Assembly (NCBI GenBank): GCA_964600615.1
Contig: CAZRJK010000007.1
Location: forward strand, 4,329 to 68,328
Direction of reading: 5' to 3'
Source: an uncultured Muribaculaceae bacterium
GTDB lineage: Bacteria; Bacillota_I; Bacilli_A; RF39; UBA660
Length of the DNA: 64,000 nt
This document shows positions 20,273-29,124 of the stretch, piece after piece. Numbering within the stretch: position 1 is the stretch's first letter; every line of letters begins with the position of its first letter. Both the position numbers and the translations under genes were made by a program. The notes below the pieces were generated by a model, which saw only the letters and a program-made list of their open reading frames with translations, ran no database searches and had not been told where the DNA came from.

Positions 20273-21395
20273 GTCTCTTACCTTCCTTCTCTAAAACATT
20301 AATCTTACCATCACTAACATTAAATATCTTAGCGTTCTTAACTAAAGAACTATCAATCATATTTAAATCAGTAGTAGTAATAATTGTTTGTACATCATCA
20401 ATTATATATTTTATTAATCTATTTCTCTTTTCTATATCTAACTCACTAAATATATCATCCAGTAATAATATAGGATAATCACCAGTAATATCTTTAATAT
20501 TATATAATTCAGATATCTTTAAAGCTAATATAGAAGACCTACATTGCCCTTGCGATCCATATAAAGATAAGTTTTTATCTCCTAAAAAAAACGCATAATC
20601 ATCCCTATGAGGACCAATCAAAGTCATCCCATATAACTTATCCCTTAAATAATTATCTTTTAATTTCTTAACAAAATTATCTTTCATAATTTCTTTATTT
20701 TCATAAATATCAATACTATTAATATATTTTAAAGATAATTCCTTATCACCAGTAAGTTCATAATAAATATCACTAATATAATTATTTAAAAAATTAATAA
20801 ACTTATTTCTTTCTAAAGTAATATCCACAGCTAATGTGGAAAAACTATCATCTAGTACCTTTAAATAATAATCATTACTAACATTTATATCATTAATAGA
20901 TTTAAGAAATTGATTTCTTTTCTTAAGTATTGCATTATATTTCTGAAGCAATTTAACATAATTATTAGAAACCTGACTAATTTCAACATTAAAATACTTT
21001 CTTCTAACAGCAGGACTATCCTTAATTAAAGAAATATCTAATGGACTAAATAAAACATATTTAATATTTGAAACATAATCAATATATTTCTTTATTTCAA
21101 TACCATTAATCTTTAATTTCTTAACACTATTAGAGAAACTAATAAAATAATTATTCTTATTATTATCAATCTCTACTTCAGTCTGAAGAATAGCAACTTC
21201 TTCACCATCACTTATTAAATTTTCATCCTTAACATTCAAATAAGATTTAGTAAGAGCTAAAACAACAATAGATTCTAATAAATTTGATTTTCCTTGAGCA
21301 TTATTTCCTATAAAAATATTCAATTTACTAGATAAATCAATATCTAATTCACTATAATTTCTAAAATTTTCCAATTTTAAATTTTTAACTATCAT
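20265..21395 (-). CDS. recF: DNA replication/repair protein RecF
   Basis: LKLENFRNY, Walker [10 protein letters not shown], signature SQGQ and Walker [12 protein letters not shown]. The stop overlaps the gyrB start. Confidence 0.9.
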   Translation of the reverse strand: MIVKNLKLENFRNYSELDIDLSSKLNIFIGNNAQGKSNLLESIVVLALTKSYLNVKDENLISDGEEVAILQTEVEIDNNKNNYFISFSNSVKKLKINGIEIKKYIDYVSNIKYVLFSPLDISLIKDSPAVRRKYFNVEISQVSNNYVKLLQKYNAILKKRNQFLKSINDINVSNDYYLKVLDDSFSTLAVDITLERNKFINFLNNYISDIYYELTGDKELSLKYINSIDIYENKEIMKDNFVKKLKDNYLRDKLYGMTLIGPHRDDYAFFLGDKNLSLYGSQGQCRSSILALKISELYNIKDITGDYPILLLDDIFSELDIEKRNRLIKYIIDDVQTIITTTDLNMIDSSLVKNAKIFNVSDGKINVLEKEGKRHE

Positions 21396-21522
21396 AATTT
21401 TTCAAAATACTCAAAAAAATCACCACACTTAATTCCATATTAAGTACTTTAATTATACCATAAATTCCTTATTTTTAAAAGAAAAATAACCATAAAATAA
21501 CAAAAAAAGTGAAAAAAACAAC

Positions 21523-21999
21523 TTATTTTTCACTCTGATTAGAATATATTTTTCTTTTATTAATTATAGCCTCTAATTTTATACATCTAATAATCTGATT
21601 ATCAATAATATTATACTTAACTAACAAATTAATATTATTATTTTGTTTAAAATATAACATCGTATTTTTATTATCAATCTTAGTATACTTCAATAAATTA
21701 TTATAAGAAATCCAAACATTTTTATTATTCCTATAAGAAGAAGTAGGAAAAAATATTAAACTCTGACTATCTTCCACAATAATAGGTAATTTCATCTCAC
21801 AATTTATTAAATGTTTAGTACCTTCCTTTCTACCTTCTAAAGAACTACCAAAATATAAACAACTATTCTTAATAATCTGATTAACATCCATATTAACTAT
21901 AAAAACATCATCATATTCATAGACTTTACTCTTATTAGTATCAATTGGCATAATAACCAAAGTCTCATAATTAACAATATACTCTTCTATTTCTCTCAT
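21523..21999 (-). CDS. ComK-family protein (competence transcription factor-like)
   Basis: Collinear similarity to B. subtilis ComK as I recall it. FIVNMDVNQIIKNSCLYFGSSLEGRKEGT resembles FYVNMKPLQIVDRSCRFFGSSYAGRKAGT. KLPIIVEDSQSLIFFPTSS resembles KPPIMVDPSNQIFLFPTLS. WISYNNLLKY resembles WISHVHVKEF. Start set at ATG 21999 (MREIEEY), preceded by AAGGGGGA; the track start 22101 is an over-extension. Confidence 0.7.
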   Translation of the reverse strand: MREIEEYIVNYETLVIMPIDTNKSKVYEYDDVFIVNMDVNQIIKNSCLYFGSSLEGRKEGTKHLINCEMKLPIIVEDSQSLIFFPTSSYRNNKNVWISYNNLLKYTKIDNKNTMLYFKQNNNINLLVKYNIIDNQIIRCIKLEAIINKRKIYSNQSEK

Positions 22000-22082
22000 A
22001 ATATCCCCCTTAATCACATTAATCCGTGACAAATAAATTAAATCATACAAAAATGTAGAAAAATGTCGGATATTGTCAAAAA

Positions 22083-22110
22083 ATAAAAAAAAATTAACCA
22101 AAATGGTTAA
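22083..22110 (-). terminator. Intrinsic terminator after dnaN
   Basis: TTAACCA-ttt-TGGTTAA hairpin followed by a U-run about 10 long on the minus-strand transcript, 2 nt after the dnaN stop. Confidence 0.55.
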
Positions 22111-22111
22111 T

Positions 22112-23227
22112 TTAATATGTCTTAATTGGCAAAACTAACTGAATTAAACTATCATCTTTATCAGATTTTATAATAATAGGACTACTATCATTATTCATAT
22201 ATAAAGTCACTTTATCCACATCAAAACTCTTAACAGCATCCAACATATATTTAGAACTAAAAGATATAGTTATTTCATCATTACTCTTAACACTCATCTT
22301 CTCTTCTACTTTACCAATTTCAGGAGAATTTGAAGAAATAATTAATTCCTTACTCTCTAATTGCAACTTAATAGTATTCTTATCCCTATCAGAAGTAAGT
22401 AACGAAGCCCTATCAATCATTTCAAAAAGACCTATACAACTACATTCCACACTTACACTAAAATCATCAGGAATAATAGAAGAAGTAGCAGGATAAGTAC
22501 CAGATAACAATCTAGATAAGAAGAATATATTCTTATATTTAAATAAAATTTTATTTTCAAACAAATGTAATTCAATATTTCCCTTACTCTCATCCATAAT
22601 CTTAGATAACTCTAATAAATTTTTACCTGGAATAACTATATTAATAGCATTATCAAAACTTCTATCTAATTCCACAGTCTTTCTAGCTAATCTATAAGAA
22701 TCAGTAGCAATAACCTCCATTATATTATTTTCAATCCTAAAACTAATACCAGTAAGTAATGGTCTAGTTTCATTCTGCGAAGTAGCAAAAAAAGTCTGAT
22801 TAATAATCTTTTTAAATAAACTGATATCAAGTAAAAGTGGTTCTTTAGTTTCATCTAAATCCAAATTAGGAAATTCAGAAGGATTAATACCATTTAAACT
22901 AAATTCAGTATTAGCCGTACTTACAATCATCTTATAACCATCCAACACTTCAATAATAATATCAGTATTAGGCAGTTTCTTAATTATCTCAACAATATAT
23001 TTACCACCAATAACTACACTACCCAACTCTTCTACTTTCTCTATTTTATCATTAGGAATAAAACATCTAATAGATATATCCGTATCACTAGCAGATAAAT
23101 ATAAACCATCTTTCTTCATATCAAATTTAATACCTGTTAATATAGGAATTAAATTTCTAGGAGATATAGCCCTAGAAGTATGATTTAACCCTTCTAATAA
23201 AATTTCTTGTTTGATAATAAATTTCAT
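22112..23227 (-). CDS. dnaN: DNA polymerase III beta sliding clamp
   Basis: About 371 aa with the three-domain beta-clamp pattern (MKFIIKQEILLEGLNHTSRAIS...ATDSYRLA...). Directly downstream of dnaA. Confidence 0.92.
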   Translation of the reverse strand: MKFIIKQEILLEGLNHTSRAISPRNLIPILTGIKFDMKKDGLYLSASDTDISIRCFIPNDKIEKVEELGSVVIGGKYIVEIIKKLPNTDIIIEVLDGYKMIVSTANTEFSLNGINPSEFPNLDLDETKEPLLLDISLFKKIINQTFFATSQNETRPLLTGISFRIENNIMEVIATDSYRLARKTVELDRSFDNAINIVIPGKNLLELSKIMDESKGNIELHLFENKILFKYKNIFFLSRLLSGTYPATSSIIPDDFSVSVECSCIGLFEMIDRASLLTSDRDKNTIKLQLESKELIISSNSPEIGKVEEKMSVKSNDEITISFSSKYMLDAVKSFDVDKVTLYMNNDSSPIIIKSDKDDSLIQLVLPIKTY

Positions 23228-23282
23228 ATTATACCTTCTTTCTTTATAAATTTCATATTATACCTTCTTTCTTTATAAATTT
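23217..23282. repeat. Tandem direct repeat, 2.3 copies of a 29-nt unit covering the dnaN RBS and start codon
   Basis: On the minus strand, AAATTTATAAAGAAAGAAGGTATAATATG occurs twice back to back with no mismatches (23282-23254 and 23253-23225). A partial third copy, AAATTTAT, forms the first codons of dnaN. Confidence 0.9.
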
Positions 23283-23403
23283 ATTATTTATTATTATACA
23301 GTGGAATTTGTGGAAAAGTTACTTATTTCCTTGTTTTATAAGCAAAAATCTTTCCACAACCATGTTTATAACATTTAAAAATATAAACAACTTATGTGGA
23401 TAA
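23228..23403. other. oriC, dnaA-dnaN half: DnaA boxes plus AT-rich tract
   Basis: DnaA boxes: TGTGGAAAA 23309-23317, CTTTCCACA 23350-23358, perfect TGTGGATAA 23395-23403, and a degenerate AGTGGAATT at about 23299. A TAA/TAT-rich run at 23281-23299 adjacent to the boxes could be DnaA-trios or a DUE. Confidence 0.7.
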
Positions 23404-24783
23404 CATTTTTTTCAAATCATTAATTACAACCTGTACCTGTTCATTATTCTTTAAATCCTTATCTATCTTTCTATATGAACTCATAATAGTAGAATGATCT
23501 CTTCCTCCAAAATGAGTACCTATTTTCGGAAATGATTCATTTGCTAAAGTTCTACACAAATATATAGCAACTTGTCTAGGATAATTAATATTTTGACTCC
23601 TCTTCTTACCTTTTATATCATCCATAGTAATCTTAAAATAATCACAAACAACAGTCTGAATCCTATTAATATCGTTTTTGTATACACTTCTATCAGTAAT
23701 TTGATCCTTTAAAGCTTCAATAGCAGTATCTAAATCAACAACACCCTTATTCATCATAAGAGCATATGCAAAAACCCTAGTAATAGCTCCCTCTAACTTT
23801 CTAACATCAGAAGCAAAATTATTAGCAATATATTCAATAACTTCCATAGGAACATCCTTAGCAGATTCTTGATGTGCTATCTTCTTCTCTATTATATTCA
23901 TTCTAAGTTCAAAATCAGGAGGAGTAATATTAGCAGTAAGTCCCCAATTAAACCTAGTTAAAAGCCTATTTTCTAACATTTTTAAATCATCAACAGACCT
24001 ATCAGAAGCAATAATAATTTGCTTATTACCATTATATAACTCATTAAAAGTATGAAAGAATTCTTCTTGCCCCTTAGTTGCATTACCTAAAAACTGAATA
24101 TCATCAATCATTAAAACATCAATATTTCTATATTTATTCTTAAATGAATTAATTTTATCAAAACTATCTTTTTCATTACTCCTAACAGCATTAATAAAAT
24201 CATTAACAAATTTATCACTAGATATATATAATACCTTTAAATTACTATTCTCGATAATATAATTACCAATAGAATGCATTAAATGAGTTTTCCCTAATCC
24301 GCTCTTTCCATATAAAAATAAAGGATTATAAGCTTTACCTGGTTTTTCAGCAACAGCCATAGAAGCTGTATATGCAAATCTATTAGAATTTCCCACAATA
24401 AAATTACTAAAAGTATAATTAGGATTTAGATTAGCATCCTCAGCAGATTGATTAATAACACCTACTAAATCATTAATCTTAACTTCTTTTGGTTTAGTAT
24501 CAATTATATCTACTAATAAACTATTTTCTTCCTCCCACTCTTCCTCTAATAAGAATTCAAAATTAAATTTTGTACCTGTAACTTCATTAAATGTATCTTC
24601 AATTATATTTTTATAGTTTTCCACTAAATGTTTCTTATGAAAAGGCATAGGAACAATAACAGTAGCCCTATTGTCTTTTAAACTAACAAGTTTAGTATCT
24701 TTAAACCAAGTCTCATAAGATAAAGAAGAAATATTATTTTTAATCTTGTCTAAAAAGTTAAACCACAAAGATTCTATATCCAT
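23392..24783 (-). CDS. dnaA: Chromosomal replication initiator DnaA
   Basis: AAA+ core (LFLYGKSGLGKTHL, IDDIQFL), sensor motifs and a C-terminal HTH (HFGGRDHSTIMSSYRKI). Start set at ATG 24783 (MDIESLW), preceded by AGGAGGG; the track start 24822 is an over-extension. Confidence 0.95.
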   Translation of the reverse strand: MDIESLWFNFLDKIKNNISSLSYETWFKDTKLVSLKDNRATVIVPMPFHKKHLVENYKNIIEDTFNEVTGTKFNFEFLLEEEWEEENSLLVDIIDTKPKEVKINDLVGVINQSAEDANLNPNYTFSNFIVGNSNRFAYTASMAVAEKPGKAYNPLFLYGKSGLGKTHLMHSIGNYIIENSNLKVLYISSDKFVNDFINAVRSNEKDSFDKINSFKNKYRNIDVLMIDDIQFLGNATKGQEEFFHTFNELYNGNKQIIIASDRSVDDLKMLENRLLTRFNWGLTANITPPDFELRMNIIEKKIAHQESAKDVPMEVIEYIANNFASDVRKLEGAITRVFAYALMMNKGVVDLDTAIEALKDQITDRSVYKNDINRIQTVVCDYFKITMDDIKGKKRSQNINYPRQVAIYLCRTLANESFPKIGTHFGGRDHSTIMSSYRKIDKDLKNNEQVQVVINDLKKMLST

Positions 24784-25112
24784 AATATCCCTCCTTAATA
24801 ATTTATACCAATATTTTAACATAAAAAAAATAAAAGTGTATAAATTTCATTATAAAGTAACTTTTTTTTATAATGTGGAAAAAAAATTAAATAATAATAA
24901 CAATAATAATAAAATACACATATTTATCAACAATCAAAAATACTATTCTAAAAAGAAAAAAAGAGAATTTCCACATTAATCCACAACAGTAAAATAACAA
25001 CTATTGTGGAAAAGAAAAAATTAACTTGTGGAAATCTGTGGATTTCTGTATAAAAAAGACTATATCCTTTAAAATATAGTCTTTACATATATACTTTTCC
25101 ACAAATAACTGT
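24784..25112. other. oriC, dnaA-upstream half: cluster of 7 DnaA boxes
   Basis: Boxes matching TTATCCACA with at most 2 mismatches: 24874-24882, 24967-24975, 24977-24985, 25005-25013, 25027-25035, 25037-25045, 25095-25103. An AT-only tract with tandem AATAATAATAA(C/A) 12-mers lies at about 24891-24914. Gene strand polarity flips here. Confidence 0.8.
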
Positions 25113-26867
25113 TTATTTCTTCCAGTCAATCATCCATTTATTATAAATAGATGCATTAGAACTTCTAGGTTCTGGATTAGGAAGTTGCATTTTAACAATC
25201 ATTGGAATTTTCATCATTCTACCAAAAGCAACACACGTACCAGATTGCAAAGATTTTTGTTTTTCAATAACATCAGCACTAATATTTGGAACCATTTTTC
25301 TAATATAATCCAAATCAGTAGGATGGGTAATTTTAAATATTAAGAAATTACTACACTGTGATATAACAGTTTCTGATAATTCAGTAGGTCTTTGAGTGAT
25401 TAAATCAAGAACTAACCCAAATTTTCTACCCTCTTTAGCAATTCTTTCAAACATATTATATCCCAAAATATTTATATCATTATCCCTTTGAACGTATCTA
25501 TGTGCTTCTTCTAACATTAAATGTATAGGCATTGCTCCTCTATCTGGAAGAGCCTTACTAAATTTAAATATTAATCTACAATAAACCTTAACAATAGCCT
25601 TAGCAAACCTATCATCAATTTCTTCTAAAACAAAATTAATTATTTGTGCTCTTTTAGTTTGTCCAACCATGATAAGATCCATAATAAATTCTGAAATATT
25701 AACAAATCTAGGATATTCAAATATTTTTTTATAACTACTATTATTTAAAGTATGTAATCTAACTTTTAATGCCATAGCTTCTGAATAAGATTTTTCATTT
25801 AATAGTAAACCTTCAGATATCAAAGTAAAGTTTAATGCAACTTCTAAATCATCTAAAGTAAAATAAATAGGTACATAATCTTCATTCCATTTTGTATCAT
25901 TATCAACAAATTTTTGAATATATTCCGCTATTAAAACTCTCTCAGCGAACTCACCTTTACTATCAATTTCAAAACACTTTCTAAACTGTCTAGTATATCC
26001 AACCCCTGGAACGTCAAAATCCAAATTTAATTCATCAGTATGACAACTTTCCAATATTTGAAAAATTTGATCCCTTATTCTACCAGGAGTTTGATTAGTA
26101 TATAAAACAGAAGTAATAGCACTAGCTATTAAATGATTTTGATATTTTTTAGCCTCATCATCTTTCTTAGCAAAAGCACTAACTAAACTAAGCATTTTCT
26201 CAATAACAGCAAGTTGAGAATAATCAGTAACATCTAATAAATTAGCATAATCATCAACAGATAGTAACCACAAAGGTAATCTAATACAGTTGTTTCCATC
26301 ACCATTAATAGAATACATCTTATAATTAAAATTAACATTATAACTATTAATACTCTTAAAAGCATTGTCATATTCATCAGTATTATTAAAAATAAATATA
26401 TTACTATTAAAGGGAATTTTATCGCTTATAGTAAATAAATTTTGTACATATCTAGAAACACCATAAGTCTTACCGCTACCAGTATTACCAAATATAGCAC
26501 TATGATTACTCCACATTTCATCAATATTAATTTTAATAGGATAATTATTATATAGAGGAGAAAGTCCCAAAACCATACTCTTATCATCATTATCACCAAC
26601 CAGTTCACTTAATTCTTGTTGATTAATCATTCTTACTCTAGAAGTTAAACTAGGTTTTCTAATAATACCACCTAAAAACTTACCATCAATAAATTCTCCT
26701 AAAAAACTAACTTTTAATTGCCCATTTTCAACCTCTTCAACTTCTCCTAAAATCTTTTTAGTTCCATCCTCAAATATAACATTCATGTTTAATAAATCAT
26801 CATTAACATTACCTTCTATCCTAACCATAGCATAGTTCTTACTAATAGAAGTTATTTCTTTAAACAT
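25113..26867 (-). CDS. HerA/FtsK-superfamily ATPase (DUF87-like), no partner gene
   Basis: N-terminal HAS-barrel-like region (AMVRIEGNVN...GEVEEVENGQLKVSFLGEF), Walker A GNTGSGKT, Walker B-like HLMLEEAHRY and a conserved TQRP segment. Confidence 0.7.
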   Translation of the reverse strand: MFKEITSISKNYAMVRIEGNVNDDLLNMNVIFEDGTKKILGEVEEVENGQLKVSFLGEFIDGKFLGGIIRKPSLTSRVRMINQQELSELVGDNDDKSMVLGLSPLYNNYPIKINIDEMWSNHSAIFGNTGSGKTYGVSRYVQNLFTISDKIPFNSNIFIFNNTDEYDNAFKSINSYNVNFNYKMYSINGDGNNCIRLPLWLLSVDDYANLLDVTDYSQLAVIEKMLSLVSAFAKKDDEAKKYQNHLIASAITSVLYTNQTPGRIRDQIFQILESCHTDELNLDFDVPGVGYTRQFRKCFEIDSKGEFAERVLIAEYIQKFVDNDTKWNEDYVPIYFTLDDLEVALNFTLISEGLLLNEKSYSEAMALKVRLHTLNNSSYKKIFEYPRFVNISEFIMDLIMVGQTKRAQIINFVLEEIDDRFAKAIVKVYCRLIFKFSKALPDRGAMPIHLMLEEAHRYVQRDNDINILGYNMFERIAKEGRKFGLVLDLITQRPTELSETVISQCSNFLIFKITHPTDLDYIRKMVPNISADVIEKQKSLQSGTCVAFGRMMKIPMIVKMQLPNPEPRSSNASIYNKWMIDWKK

Positions 26868-26953
26868 AGTGACTCCTCCTTATTCTTATCATAATTTTAT
26901 CACAAAATAAAGAATAATGGAACAAAAAATAAAAAAAATAAAAAATATTCTTG

Positions 26954-26982
26954 TTGACATAACTTAAATAAACATATATAAT
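26954..26982 (+). promoter_or_regulatory. Sigma-A promoter of rpmH-rnpA operon
   Basis: TTGACA (26954-26959), 17 nt spacer, TATAAT (26977-26982), about 30 nt upstream of the rpmH RBS GGAGGTG. Confidence 0.6.
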
Positions 26983-27013
26983 AAAATAGCATTTAACTTG
27001 GAGGTGTTAAATT

Positions 27014-27136
27014 ATGAAGAGAACTTATCAACCAAACAAAGCAAAAAAAGCTAAAAAACACGGTTTTTTTGCTCGTGTAAAAGGAAATGTATTAAATAAA
27101 AGAAGAGCTAAAAAGAGAAAAAAATTATGTGCTTAA
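27014..27136 (+). CDS. rpmH: 50S ribosomal protein L34 (40 aa)
   Basis: Hand translation gives MKRTYQPNKAKKAKKHGFFARVKGNVLNKRRAKKRKKLCA. It is too short for the ORF track. GGAGGTG RBS. Canonical position before rnpA. Confidence 0.85.
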   Translation: MKRTYQPNKAKKAKKHGFFARVKGNVLNKRRAKKRKKLCA

Positions 27137-27195
27137 ACTAACCATGTAATTTTTTTTTATTAAAATCTTTCCTATATTATATATAAGGAGGTATT

Positions 27196-27534
27196 ATGAA
27201 AAAGAAAAATATTATAAAAAGTAAAAAAGAATTTACGGAAATAATAAATAATTGCAAATATCTAAAAAACGATTACTATGTTATTTATTACAAAAAAAAT
27301 AATAAGAATACTAGATATGGTATATCAATACCAACCAAAACAGGAAAAGCAAACATAAGAAACAAAATAAAAAGAAGGATAAAAAATATAATAGATAATA
27401 ACAAAAATATAATACCAAAACACCATGATTATGTTATAATAAGTAGGAAAAGATTATTAGAATTAAATTATCAAGATATGGAAACTAATCTTGTTAATCT
27501 AATAAAAAAGATAGGAGAAAAAAATGAAGAATAA
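27196..27534 (+). CDS. rnpA: Ribonuclease P protein component
   Basis: Basic protein of 112 aa (KSKKEFTEII...GKANIRNKIKRRIK). Synteny rpmH-rnpA-yidC. Confidence 0.85.
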   Translation: MKKKNIIKSKKEFTEIINNCKYLKNDYYVIYYKKNNKNTRYGISIPTKTGKANIRNKIKRRIKNIIDNNKNIIPKHHDYVIISRKRLLELNYQDMETNLVNLIKKIGEKNEE

Positions 27535-28444
27535 AACACTTAAAGTATTTATAGTAATATCATGTATATTTCTATTAACAGGATGTACCAAAACCCTAAA
27601 AGATTCAGATAAAAAAGCAGTTATTAATGAAACAACAGGTCAAACAATAACTGAGAATATTATTTGTAAGCCAACAAATAAGAAAGTAATAAAAATATAT
27701 GAAGACAATAAAGTAAATTTAAAAAAATTACCTGAATGTAAAAACTTTAATCCCCTTAAAAATTATGAAGGATTATGGACAAGCATCTTTGTTAAACCAT
27801 TAGCATGGTTAATAATAAAAATAGGAGCAGCACTAAAGAGCTATGGTTTATCACTTATAATAACATGTTTATTAATAAGGCTAGTATTAATGCCAATAAC
27901 TCAAAAAACAGCAATGCAATCTGAATTACTAAAGAAAGCTCAACCAGAACTAGATAAATTAGAAAAGAAATATAGAAATAAAACAAGTCAAGAAGATCAA
28001 ACTAAAAAAGCTCAAGAAATGATGATGATATATAAAAAATATAATGTAAATCCAATGTCTGGATGCCTACTTGCTTTCATTCAATTACCATTATTATTTG
28101 CTTTCATTGAAGCAATAAATAGGACACCAGCATTATTTGAAAATAATTTCTTAGCTTTTCAAATGGGAACAACACCAAAAGTAGGAATACTAGTAAATCA
28201 TAATTATTGGTACATACTATTAATAGTATTAATAATAGGAACTACATACTTTTCTTTTAGAAAAACAATGAAAGATCAATCAGGACCAACAGCAGGTTCA
28301 ATGAAATATACTCTATATTTTATGATGGGGATGATTGTGATAGCTTCATTCTCATTACCAGCAGCTATCGGAATATATTGGATAACATCTAGTGCATTTA
28401 CAATATTCCAAAACAAACTAGTAGAAAGAAAGAAGGAAAACTAA
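27524..28444 (+). CDS. yidC: Membrane protein insertase YidC/SpoIIIJ-type lipoprotein
   Basis: Lipobox LLTGC and a 60-kDa-IMP core (LIRLVLMPITQKTAMQSELLKKAQPELDKL...NPMSGCLLAFIQLPLLFAF). Confidence 0.9.
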   Translation: MKNKTLKVFIVISCIFLLTGCTKTLKDSDKKAVINETTGQTITENIICKPTNKKVIKIYEDNKVNLKKLPECKNFNPLKNYEGLWTSIFVKPLAWLIIKIGAALKSYGLSLIITCLLIRLVLMPITQKTAMQSELLKKAQPELDKLEKKYRNKTSQEDQTKKAQEMMMIYKKYNVNPMSGCLLAFIQLPLLFAFIEAINRTPALFENNFLAFQMGTTPKVGILVNHNYWYILLIVLIIGTTYFSFRKTMKDQSGPTAGSMKYTLYFMMGMIVIASFSLPAAIGIYWITSSAFTIFQNKLVERKKEN

Positions 28445-29067
28445 TGAAAGAAAACATATTTACAGGAAAAACCAAAGAAGAAGCCCTTGAAAAAGCTTTA
28501 ACAGAATTAAAAACAAACGAAGATAGCATAATAGTAAAAGTACTCTCAGAAAAACAAGGATTATTAAAAAAAGAAGTAAAAATAGAAGTAATAAATATAA
28601 ATGATGTAATTAATTATCTAAAAGATAGTGTAAAAGAAATAACAAGCCTAATGAATATTGAAAGCAACTTAGAAGTAAAAAGAAGAGAAAAAAATATTAT
28701 TATAAAAATATATTCAGATAAAAATTCTATTCTTATAGGAAAAAATGGTAAAAACTTAGAAGCATTACAAAATATAATAAGACAAATAGTACCACAAGAA
28801 GTAAATAATAATTACAAAATAGTATTAGATATCGAAAACTATAAAGATAGAAAAATAACAAACTTAGAAAGAATGGCTAAACAAGTAGCAAGAGAAGTAA
28901 AAATGACTAAGGTAGAAGCTAAATTAGAACCAATGAATTCTTATGAAAGAAGAGCTATTCATAACATTCTAACAAATAATAAATTTGTTTACACTGAATC
29001 TGTTGGAGAAGAACCAAATAGATGTGTAGTAATTAAACCAAAAGAAGAAAAAAAAGAAGAAGAGTAA
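28444..29067 (+). CDS. jag: Jag/KhpB RNA-binding protein (Jag_N, KH, R3H)
   Basis: KH-like segment (IGKNGKNLEALQNIIRQ) and R3H (MNSYERRAIHNIL). Synteny after yidC. Confidence 0.85.
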   Translation: MKENIFTGKTKEEALEKALTELKTNEDSIIVKVLSEKQGLLKKEVKIEVININDVINYLKDSVKEITSLMNIESNLEVKRREKNIIIKIYSDKNSILIGKNGKNLEALQNIIRQIVPQEVNNNYKIVLDIENYKDRKITNLERMAKQVAREVKMTKVEAKLEPMNSYERRAIHNILTNNKFVYTESVGEEPNRCVVIKPKEEKKEEE

Positions 29068-29087
29068 CTTAACAAGTTGCTTTTTTT
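29064..29087 (+). terminator. Intrinsic terminator after jag
   Basis: GTAACTT-aac-AAGTTGC hairpin followed by T7. Confidence 0.55.
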
Positions 29088-29124
29088 ATTTATTATATAT
29101 ATAATAAAATAAAGGAGAATTAAT

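Noticed and set aside
25113-26867. The HerA-like ATPase as part of a SIR2-HerA or DUF4297-HerA anti-phage system, or a HerA-NurA repair pair.
   Set aside because: There is no partner ORF on either side: the rpmH promoter lies on one side and the DnaA boxes on the other. No island hallmarks are present. It is kept only as a solo-ATPase observation.
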